Shown here piece after piece: positions 27,601 through 37,629 of a stretch of 64,000 bases of DNA. The first letter of the stretch is position 1; each line of letters opens with the position of its first letter. The notes beneath the pieces are model-generated. The model did not search any database. It was not told the DNA's origin and saw only the letters and a list, made by a program, of their open reading frames with translations. The stretch spans positions 9,362,001 to 9,426,000 of the forward strand of contig JBHGNT010000021.1 in assembly GCA_043228905.1 (NCBI GenBank), written 5' to 3'. This DNA is from Azolla caroliniana (taxonomy: Eukaryota > Plantae > Polypodiophyta). The position numbers were made by a program, and so were the translations under genes.

Positions 27601-28156
27601 ACTTCACTTGCTCTAGGGATAGGCGTTTCCCTTCCGGTTCCGTGTTGTCCAATGTGACAACCAACGTTTCCCAAATGTCCGGAAGGGATCCTAACAACAA
27701 CAATGCTAATACCTCATCGACCAAAGATACTTCTAGAGAGGTGGTTTGGTTCATTAGTCCTTGGAAGGCATTGATGTACTCCGCCATACTGGAGCCATCC
27801 TGAAACCGGAGCCTCACAATTTTTCGAAATAGTGAGACTCGGTTCACAACGTTCCTATTTTCGAACATGAAGCCGATCTTCTTCCATAGGACGTATGCTT
27901 ATATTTCTATAAAACACCTTATGTATGCGGCCGCCTTTAGATGCAACACTTCCCAAGTCGCTGCATCGATCTTGTTTGGTCTTTTATCTCCGAACTGCAT
28001 CGGCAGCCAGAGGTCTTTGCACACGAGCATGTCTCTCATCATCGACTTCCACACTGAGTAGTTGGAGCCGGTTAGCTTAAACATACCTCCCAAAGCGTCT
28101 TCCATCGCTCTGATACCACTTTGTTCAGAATCGACCGGCCACAACCGGTTGCACGT
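18644..28156 (-). mobile_element. Ty1/Copia element D, Tork (Tnt1/Tto1)-like, interrupted
   Basis: 3' LTR 18644-19251; RT/RH ORF 19339-20787 (EQLDVKIAFLHG, RTKHIQRRYHW); integrase start, PR (WVVDSGASFH) and gag at 26634-28105; PBS 28107-28118; only 35 bp of 5' LTR (28122-28156). Confidence 0.9.
20803..26633 (-). mobile_element. Ty1/Copia element E (related to A and F), two LTRs, degenerate gag-pol
   Basis: LTRs 20803-21238 and 26224-26633; PBS 26212-26223; PPT 21239-21250; all domains recognisable; flanks atatc/atact do not form a TSD. Confidence 0.93.
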
Positions 28157-28429
28157 TGTAAGGAATAGTACTAAAACAGAGAGAGAATTAGTACTGGAGA
28201 AGGGAAGTACTATTAGTACTAAGAGGATGAGACTGCGTAATATTCTTGAGAGAGGAAGAGAGAGAGATAGTGAGGACGAGAGAGAGAGAGAGAGAGATGA
28301 TGATAACTGATGATATATTATATGAAGAGTAAGTACAAAATAGTTATGAGGCTTAAGACTGGCATTGAACCAATTTGGTTCGAAATAATGCCTTGTGCCT
28401 CCTTTTATAGTGCTCTTAGAAGTAGTCCT

Positions 28430-28462
28430 GAAGCTTCTAGAATGTTCTAGAGAAATCTAGAA
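28430..28462. promoter_or_regulatory. Heat-shock element array in the LTR of C
   Basis: GAAgcTTCtaGAAtgTTCtaGAGaaATCtaGAA: four perfect alternating nGAAn units plus three more, ~20 bp upstream of minus-strand TATA ctataaaa (28410-28403). Also present at 32712-32744. Confidence 0.65.
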
Positions 28463-28523
28463 TATACATTACTTTTCTATAGTAAAACTTAAATGAAAAT
28501 AATATCCTACGTATTACAATAGA

Positions 28524-28582
28524 TAGTGTAATGGTCAAGAGCTCGACCCACATAACACAAGGTCATGGGTTCGAGTCTTGCC
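28524..28582 (+). other. tRNA-like A/B-box cassette in the LTR of C (second copy ~32808-32865)
   Basis: A-box tagtgtaatgg at 28524 and B-box ggttcgagtc at 28568 (44 nt apart); cataa at the anticodon-loop position; stems degenerate. Confidence 0.65.
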
Positions 28583-31500
28583 ATATCATGACACTATCCC
28601 TCCGCTTAAGATGACGAGTGTAACAAGTCGGCGTTGATTGAGAACCGGGTTTGTCCGGATACTGTCGGTGGAAATCAGCAAGAAGATCCTCAGCATTGGT
28701 GACATGCTTGACGGGTTCCCGAGTATGTTTACTCGGACTATAGCCGAGCCAATCAACCAAATAATAAAGTTTGTTGCGAACGAACTTGGGGTCGAGGATA
28801 GTAGTAACTTCATACTCCGAGCCGACGTCCAACTCAAGCGGGGGTGGCGGTGGTGTAACAAGGTTGGGAATAGTGTTGGCCTTATAAGGTTCAAGAAGAG
28901 AACTACAGAAGACCGGATGTATCTGAAGGTGCGGAGGAAGATCAAGGCGGAAAGTGACATCATTAATCTTACCAGTAATACGGAAAGGACCAAGTCGTCG
29001 ATAGTCCAATTTGTTGCACGGTCGAGTAGTCTTGATGTGACGACGTAAGAGCCATACCTGATCTCCGATGGCAAAAGAGGAGGGAGGGTGATGACGATCC
29101 ATATAAGCCTTCTATGTGTGTTGAGCATGACGAAGATGAGTAGATAGATCCGTCTGAATCTTGTGTAGCCTCTCCAAATAACCCTCGGCACGAGGATTGG
29201 TACGTAGCTCCGGGGTGTCGATCAGGAAACATGACATCATTAATCTTACCGGTAATACGGAAAGGACCGAGTTGTCGATAGTCCAATTTGTCGCACGGTC
29301 GAGTAGTCTTGATGTGACGACGTAAGCGCCATACTTGATCTCCGATGGCAAAAGAGGAGGGAAGCCGATGATGATCCACATAAGTCTTTTGTGTGTATTG
29401 AGCATGACGAAGATGAGTAGATAGATCCGTCTGAATCTTGTGTAGCCTCTCCAAATGATCCTCGGCATGAGGATTGGTAGGTAGCTCCAAGGTGTCGATA
29501 CAGATCAACGAGGATGAAAACCGGTATAAGTGTAAAATGGGGAGACCCGAGTTGAGGAGTGAATAGCGTTATTATAAGCAAAGTCCGCAAAGTGGAGAAT
29601 ATCAGCCCAATCGTCCTGTTGGTAACTCAGAAAACACTAGAGGTATTGTCCCAACGTTTGATTCGTTCGTTCCGACTGCCCATTGGTCTGGGGATGGTAG
29701 CCAGAGGAGAGGTTGCAAGAGACCTTGAGCATCTTAAAGAGATGCTTCCAAAATTTGGAGACAAATTGAGGCCACTAATGATACTGTCTAGGAGGCCATG
29801 ATGCCGAAATACCTCACACATGACAAGGGTGATGGTTTCTTCACTTGTGATGGCGTTAGTATAAGGCACAAAATGTGCCATCTTAGTATATCGATCGACG
29901 ACGGTTAAGATAGCATCGAAACCCTTCGAAACTAGAAGATCTGTGATAAAATCAAGACAAATGGACTGCCACGGCTTACTTGGAATTTGTAAGGATTCCA
30001 ACAAGCCATGTGGATGATGTCAAGTCATCTTTTCTCGGCAACAAGCATCGTAGGTCCGAACGTAGTCGTCGACAAAATGTCGCATATGGGGCCATCAAAA
30101 AGATCGTTGAACTAGATCCAATGTCTTAGTACTACCGAAATGTCCCGTTGTATGGATGTCGTGACAATTTTGGACGATTTGAAGGCAACAGGAGCAATCG
30201 GGAACATATATAGGTTTTCTAAAGAATAACAAACCATCATGATATTCGAATTGTCGGTAGTCCATACCTGGTTGTTGAGACTAGGAACAGGATGCCCGAG
30301 AGGTATCAATTTGCCCTAGAATGGCTTGAGCAAAACTATCCGTCTTCAAGTTGGCACGTATGGCATCAATAATCCAGGAATCCAGTGGAGTGTGAAAAAT
30401 CCGTGTTGTGTGCAAACGTGTTGGTCCCAAGATTACCTTCTTTTGATTATCAAATGCTGGATCACCAGGACGAGGTGCAAGATATGAATGTCGCGATAGT
30501 GCATCTACTTTTCCTTGTTGCTTCCCCGACCGATATGTGATTTTGAAGTCAAAACGTGTGAGGAATTGGGCCCACCAAGCTTGCCGTTGATTTAGTACAC
30601 GAGCGTTCTAGAAATAAGCAAGATTTTAATGATCATTGAAGAAGATGACGTGATGTGGAGAGCCCTCTAAGAAGTGCCTCCATTACACAAATGAATCCAT
30701 GATGACTAATAACTCCTTGTCATGTATCTCGTAGTTGATTTCCACAACATCAAATTTGTGCGAATGGAAAGCCATAGGATGTAACTTTTCTTTATCTCCT
30801 TGTTGTAAAATGATGCTACCGAGGGTGAAATCCGATGTGTCGGCCTCCATGATGAATGGTTTGTTTGTATCCACAGGAGCTAGAATGGGAGCTGATGTAA
30901 AGGCTTTCTTAAGATGCAGAAATACCATGTTCGCTTCATTGGACCAAAGAAATGCTTGTCCTTTCTTGGTAAGCTGTGTGAGAGGCAAAATATTCTTCGA
31001 GTAATCTTGTATAAACTTGCGGTAGAAGTTAGCAAAGCCTAGGAAACATTGTACATCTCGTAACGAACGTGGAGTTTGCCACTCTAACACAACTTTGACT
31101 TTAGCTGGATCCATGGAGATGCCCTTTGAGGAGATGACATAGCCTAGAAATTCCACTTGCTTGCAGTCAAAGCTACATTTTTCCAGTTTGGCATAAAGAC
31201 CATTCTCTTGGAGTCGTTTTAGTACTAATAGTACATGAGAATCACGCTTTTCCTAGGTCTTCAAATAAATCAATAGATCATCCAGATAGATGATCAAACA
31301 GATATCCAAGAGGTCTCTAAATATATCATTCGCCATGTGTTGGAAAACTACGGAAAAGCGGTCTTCCATTTGTCTCCCGGTCTGATCCGCATGAGGTTAT
31401 ATGCTCCTTGTAGGTCGATTTTTGTAAAAAACTTGGCACCATTTACTCGCTCTAAAAGATTTGATATAAGGGGAAGTGCATACCTATTCCTGATGGCGAC

Positions 31501-32160
31501 CTTATTCAAGCCGTGGTAATCAACGACGAGACGAAGTGATCCATCTTTCTTCTTGACAAAGAAAATGGGTGCACCGGCCGGAGATTTCGAGTGACGAATA
31601 AACCCGCTTGCAAAATTCTCTTCTATGTAGGCTTGAAGGACTTCTAACTCAGTTGGTGACAAGTTGTAAATTGGTCCCCATGGTGGCTCTGTTCCTGGTT
31701 GTAAATCGATGGGACAATCGTAGGGACGATGATGAGGAAGAGTACCGGCTTTTACCTTGTCAAATACATCGGCATAAGGATGATATTTCACCGGAAGTTG
31801 AACTAAGGATTCCTTTCTTAGTATTGTTGGAAGGATGTACTGATATTGCAAATAGAAACATTGCCTCCTTGCGTCCTTCTTTGCGTAATTGATTGAGTGA
31901 AATGGTCGAAACTCAATGAGTAGATTCTCGGGGTTGTCGATACCAAACTTCTCTTGTTCTCCAATCTATGTCTGTATTATGTAATTCAAACCAAGGTAAT
32001 CCCAGGACAATGGGATGCTCTGGACTACTAATTATATTAAATGATACCACACACACAAAACTACCTAGGACAACCTGAATGGGTTCTGACTCTTCTATAA
32101 TATTCCCAGAAGCAATGGGACGACCATCAATGACTACTACAGATGCGGGGCAAGGAAGTT

Positions 32161-32514
32161 AAAACACCTTATGTATGCGGTCGCCTTTAGATGCAACACT
32201 TCCCAAGTCGCTGCATCGATCTTGTCTGGTCTTTTATCTCCGAACTGCATCGGCAGCCAAAGGTCTTTGCACATGAGCATGTCTCTCATCTTCGATTTCC
32301 ACACTGAGTAGTTGGAGCCGGTTAGCTTAAACATGCCACTTTCATCACTTTGATACCACTTTGTTCAGAATCGACCGCCCACAACCGATTGCACGTTGTC
32401 AGGAATAGTACTAAAACAGAGAGAGAATTAGTACTGGAGAAGGGAAGTACTATTAGTACTAAGAGGACGAGGTTGCGTAAGACTCCCAAGAGAGGAAGAG
32501 AGAGAGATGGCGAG

Positions 32515-32584
<70 letters not shown>

Positions 32585-33462
32585 ACGGATGATATATTAT
32601 ATGAAGAGTAAGTACAAAATAGCTATGAGGCTTAAGACTGGCATTGAACCAATTTGGTTCGAAATAATGCCTTGTGCCTCAACTTTTTATAGTGCTCTCA
32701 GGAGTAGTCCTGAAGCTTCTAGAATGTTCTAGAGAAATCTGGAATATACATTACTTTTCTATAGTAAAACTTAAATGAAAATAATATCCTACATATTACA
32801 ATAGACAGTGTAATGGTCAAGGGCTCGACCCATATAACACAAGGTCATGGGTTCGAGTCTTGCCATATCATGACACTATCTCCCCTTAAGATGACGAGTG
32901 TAATGAGTCGGCGTTGATTGAGAACCAAGTTTGTTCGGATACTATCGGTGGAAATTAGCAAGAAGATCTTGAGCATTGGCGACATGCTCGATGGGTTCCC
33001 AAGTATGTTCGCTCGGACTATAGCTGAGCCAATCAACCAAATAATAAAGTTTGTTGCGAACAAACTTGGGGTCGAGGATAGTAGTAACTTCATACTCCGA
33101 GCCGGCGTCCAACTCAAGCGGGGGTGGCGGTGGTGTAACACGGTTGGGAATAGTGTTCGCCCTATAAGGTTCAAGAAGAGAACTATGGAAGACCGGATGT
33201 ATCTGAAGGTGCGGAGGAAGATCAAGGCGGAACATGACATCATTAATCTTACCGGTAATACGGAAAGGACCGAGTCGTTGATAGTCCAATTTGTTGCACG
33301 GTTGAGTAGTCTTGATGTGACGACGTAAGAGCCATACTCGATCTCCGATGGCAAAAGAGGAGGGAAGCCGATGACAATCCGCATAAGTCTTCTATGTGTG
33401 TTAAGCATGACGAAGATGAGTAGATAGATTTGTCTGAATCTTGTGTAGCCTCTCCAAATGAT
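32161..33462 (-). repeat. Segmental duplicate of ~27911-29180 (D gag start, PBS and LTR stub, plus C LTR and chromodomain)
   Basis: Same gcacgt|tgt D/C junction at 28156/28157 and 32396/32397; C LTR copy 32397-32875. Confidence 0.9.
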
Positions 33463-33863
33463 TAACGTTGAATCCCTTGAAAGGGACCAAGGAGGTTACA
33501 AGCATTTATACGAGTTCTGAAAATTGAGTATTTCTATAATATACCTGACAAATATCTCTAGAATATACACGTTCAGAATACACCATAGAATATTTCTAGA
33601 ATACGAAGATGAGTAGATAGATCCATCTGAATCTTGTGTAGCCGCTCCAAATGATTAGCGTTGAATCCCTTGAAAGGAACCAAGGAGTTTACAAGCATTT
33701 ATACAAGTTCTGAAATTGAGTATTTCTAGAATAATATCTCTAGAATATACACGTCTAGAATACACCATAGAATATTTCTAGAATACGCTAAAGACTCTAG
33801 AATATTCTGGAATGTATATATGCTAAAATATACAATACTCCATTATGTACAAATATATGCTCA

Positions 33864-33921
33864 TATCTAGATGGTTGTGCATGATGTCTTGTAGATGTGA
33901 GGTTACAGGTTCAATCCTCAC
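33864..33921 (+). other. tRNA-like A/B-box cassette in the LTR of B
   Basis: tatctagatgg at 33864 and ggttcaatcc at 33908 (44 nt apart); cttgtag at the anticodon-loop position. Confidence 0.5.
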
Positions 33922-34508
33922 TAACTACGTATTTGATGTCACTGTGTTGTGACACGTAAAGCCACAGAATCTGGAGCTGACGAAGAACCTCAAGTTGAGC
34001 ATGAGAGGGAGTGTTGAGCAAGCAAGCTCAACATGGACTGGATAGGATGAAAAACGATCGGTTAGGCCCAGATCAGTTGAAAACCCGAGAGCCCGTTCAG
34101 ATGGGACCTATATTTTCCTATTTTCGTAAATAGGAATATTATAGGTTGTTAGTGTGAGGCTCAGTTAATGAGCATTCAAGTACTTCTGTTAGCCCACTTG
34201 TCAAGTTGTATATAAAGTGCTCTTTGAGCACATTCGATGTACTGAGCATTTTTGTAATAGAAGTTTTCTGTTGTCTACTCCACTGAGTCTCTCTTTTTCT
34301 TTTTCTTTTTTCTTGTAATTAGCTTTTACCCTAGTGGTAAGTTGTTAACACTACAAGCACTGCGTCTTGGGTTTGTAACCCAAATTTCTCACTTTTGTCT
34401 ATTATATACTTCATATATATCTCTTAATTCACTAGATGCCACTGTGGAATGTAGGGGTTGAACCCATGACCACCTACCTGGTCTCTCTCTCTCTCTCTCT
34501 CTCTCTCT

Positions 34509-37240
34509 AACTTTTGTAGTTGGATGTTACATTCCTCATCAAGATTCTAACTTTTATGCTTGTTTGGATAAAGATAAACTGTTTGCCAATCTAGAAGATG
34601 ATATTGTTTATTTCAAATCCAAAGGGGAGGTTATTGTCTTTGGTGACATGAATGTTCGTACAAGAAGTTTCCAACTTGATTCACAAGAATATTTCATGCC
34701 ACATATCTCAAGGATGCAAGAGGATATACAAATTTATAGCCGCTCTTCTAGCGATGAAAAAGATCCGGCCCAATTTGGGAAGTTACTCCTACAAATGTGC
34801 AATAGTAGCGGATTGCTTATTGCAAATGGTATTTCTTTATGGCCCAACACTAATGGTTTTACATGTAGAAAACACAACGGAAATAGTGTGATTGACTATG
34901 TGCTACTTTCCAAAGGTATTTTGGATTGTATACATAAATTCTCACTTGGTGAGAAGGCTATTAAAGATAATAAACAACCACACTTGAGCATGAACCTTAA
35001 GCAAGCACCCACGTATTCCAAGATGGTTGAGGATATGTTACAAATGACAAAGATACAATATGGTGCCACACTAGAATGCAAATGGGAAGCTTTCAAGAAA
35101 GTCATACTCTCCTGTACAAACAAATGTTTTTTGACCAACCGCACATCTTGGAAATACACCAAGAAACTTAGGAAAAAATGGTTTGATAAAGAATGTCGTG
35201 AAGCTCAAAAGTGCCTTATGGTTTTGGATGTAGTTAAGGATAAAGAAAATTACCAAAAGCATTTGCATGAGTATAAAAGGCTTATTCAAAGAAAGAGAAG
35301 AATATGGGAAGTTACTCAACAATTTATCCAAACACAAGAGAAAGCACATGCATGTGCTAAATTTTAGGGAAATCTAAAGGGCAAACGTGTTGAGAGTTAT
35401 CGTGACTTAATTCTTCACGACTTGTCTATGCATTGTAAGAATTTATATGAGTTATCTCTTGCCGGAAAGATGATGTGTTATGGTTCTCTTTCACATATGC
35501 CTCCCTTCTTTACAATTGAAGATATATGCATAGGACTTAAAAAATTGGTCTCTCGAAAGGCAAGCGATCTTCAATGTATAAAGCCTGAAATGCTCAAATG
35601 GACGGCAAAGGAAGTACATATATGGATAAGCGATATGATTAATGATGCATTGCAACATGGTATGTCGTACGATTGAACTACAAATTGGATCAAACCTTTA
35701 CATAAAGGTGGAGATATAAATAATGTAAACAACTATCGAACCATCATGGTTGGCTCGTTAATGGCAAAACTATTTGGATGTATAATGGAATCAAAGATAA
35801 GTGTATGGGCTGAAAATAATGGTAAGGGAGCTTCTGGACAAGCTGGCTTTCGGAAACACCATAGCACCATTGATCACTTTATCACCCTTCGAGTATTAAT
35901 GGAGGAAAGTCGTCTTAGAGGTAAAGGTTTATATTGTCCCTTTGTAGAATTCAAGAAAGCTTTTGATATGGTACCTCGTGAGCATCTTTGGAGGCGAATG
36001 GAAGAACTTGAGGTGCCAAGTAAATATATGCTTGCAATTTCCCGAATTTATGAGAAGGTTATATGTTGTGTGTGCATGAGAGATAAACTTTCAGATTTTT
36101 TCAAAAGCACTATCGGTGTTAAGCAAGGATGCCCACTCTCACCAACACTATTTGGTCTATGCATTGATGAATTGGAAGAAATGGTTACCAAGTTTGCAAA
36201 GGAAGAATGTGTTGAAGAAGTTGCCATTGGGAATGTTGTGATTATGCTTTTGCTATATGCAAATGATGTAGTGCTTTTTGCAAATACTTTAGGAGATGCA
36301 CAAAAGCTTATGAAGGCATTGGAAAAAATTTGCATGCATACTAAATTAAGTGTCAATAGCTCTAAAACAATGCTTGTGAAGAGCCAAAAAAGAGATAAAC
36401 CATGCATTATGTACAACAATGAGCCACTTGAATGTGTGGAAAGCTTCAAATATCTTGACCTTGAAGTTCCTTCAAATCATAGATGGAATGAATGTGCTAC
36501 ACGCCGCTTAGAGGCGGGCAAGCGAGCATTCTATGCATCTGAGAACACATGCAATCTTGGAGATATTAAGTGTTGGGTCCTCAAGAAATATCTTTTCGAC
36601 ACTTTGGTGACACCGGTTCTTCTCTAAGGGGTGGAAGTATGGGGCGGTAGCATCCCTAAATCTATGTGGAAAGAGTTTGAAAATGTCCAAAAACATTTTC
36701 TTACAAAGTTTCTACAACTTAAGAAACAAACAACCTACATTATACAAGTTATAATGTAGGGTTCACGCTTCACACATTATACTACACATGTTGCACCTAA
36801 CTACAAAACCATATTCTTTGCGGAACGGGGAAATCACACATATTGATACATGTTAGAGCCCATACCGTTATCTGCCATTCAAACCATTGCTTCCATGCGA
36901 GTTAGCTCACATGCATTGCGATGTGAAACAGGGCGTTGGGGCACAAGTGATGAGAGTGGTTGGCTATGCACACTTTGCCCTAAACAAGTTCGCGAGTTTG
37001 AGTATCACACTTTTATACAATGCTCTGCCTTTGATCATATTCGACCATACTTTCCACATCTCTTCGACCGAGCCCAATCTTTGCATGAATTCCTCTCATG
37101 ACCACAATGTGCACTCTCGATTGCAACATTCATTGGTAAAGTTCTTGAACATCGAGAGTCACTACTCACTTTCACACGTATCACGTGAAATGTAATATTT
37201 TTGGTCTCATAGGTCATATTTGACCTCCGAAGAAGATAAT

Positions 37241-37244
<4 letters not shown>
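34509..37244 (+). mobile_element. RTEX-like LINE, family 1 copy b (partial APE endonuclease, RT, C-terminal Cys/His motif)
   Basis: EN motifs VFGDMNVRT and SVIDYVL; RT QAGFRKHHSTIDH and GVKQGCPLSPTLF; SSHALRCETGRW..LCTLC..EYHTFIQC; (TC)n at 34482-34508 and 37245-37316; ~300-bp internal deletion near 36745. Confidence 0.9.
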
Positions 37245-37303
<59 letters not shown>

Positions 37304-37620
37304 TTCTCTCTCTCTGTCGTTGCCATTGCTGTGTCTGCTTGTAACTGCTTGTTCTTCCAGTGCCGCAGTCGCCGTCTGTGGCCGTTGTTATTGTTGCCGC
37401 CGTCGTTGTCGTGTGTAGTTGTTGCCATTGTCGTTGTTGTCCGCCGCCGCCGTTGTCGTGTGTAGTCGTTTGCAGTCGTTGTCCGCCGCCGTTATCACAC
37501 ATCGTCGTCACCGTCGCCACCATTGTCGTCAGTTCTTGGCCGTCGTAGTCGTTGTCATGTATAGTTGTTGCTGTTGTCGTCGTTGTTCGCCGTTGTTATC
37601 ATCTACGCTTTTGACGACGT
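37245..37620. repeat. (CT)n followed by a degenerate (GTT/GTC/GCC)n low-complexity tract
   Basis: Direct reading of the sequence. Confidence 0.85.
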
Positions 37621-37629
37621 CACCGAGTA

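Larger units (their letters stand above)
28157..32136 (-). mobile_element. Ty3/Gypsy chromovirus C (Tcn1-like), 5'-truncated
   Basis: 3' LTR 28157-28593 and PPT; chromodomain (EYEVTTILD..KLYYLVDWLGYSPS); integrase (KPWQSICLDFITDL); RNase H (NYEIHDKELL); RT (PPWGPIYNLS..FIRHSKSPAGAPIFFVKKKDGSLRL); protease remnant; 277-bp internal tandem duplication (28956/29233). Confidence 0.9.
17777..33954 (-). mobile_element. Gypsy-type LTR element B; its own coding region is largely lost
   Basis: Termini tgtcac...gtgaca; perfect TSD cgtaa (17772-17776, 33955-33959); left LTR 17777-18052 with an internal deletion, followed by reverse PPT ttatcctcccctt; right LTR remnant ~33463-33954. Confidence 0.85.
10823..34295 (+). 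mobile_element. Ty1/Copia LTR retrotransposon A (degenerate, outermost element of the nest)
   Basis: 5' LTR 10823-12898 (tgttgagc...), PBS, gag-PR-IN-RT-RH remnants, PPT atgagagggag 34001-34011, 3' LTR from 34012 with its U5 end not found. Split by LINE 1a and Gypsy B. Confidence 0.85.

Noticed and set aside
28517-28590. Functional tRNA gene (also at 33864, 44337, 61090, 61241)
   Set aside because: Acceptor, D and T stems do not pair well; reported as tRNA-like boxes only.
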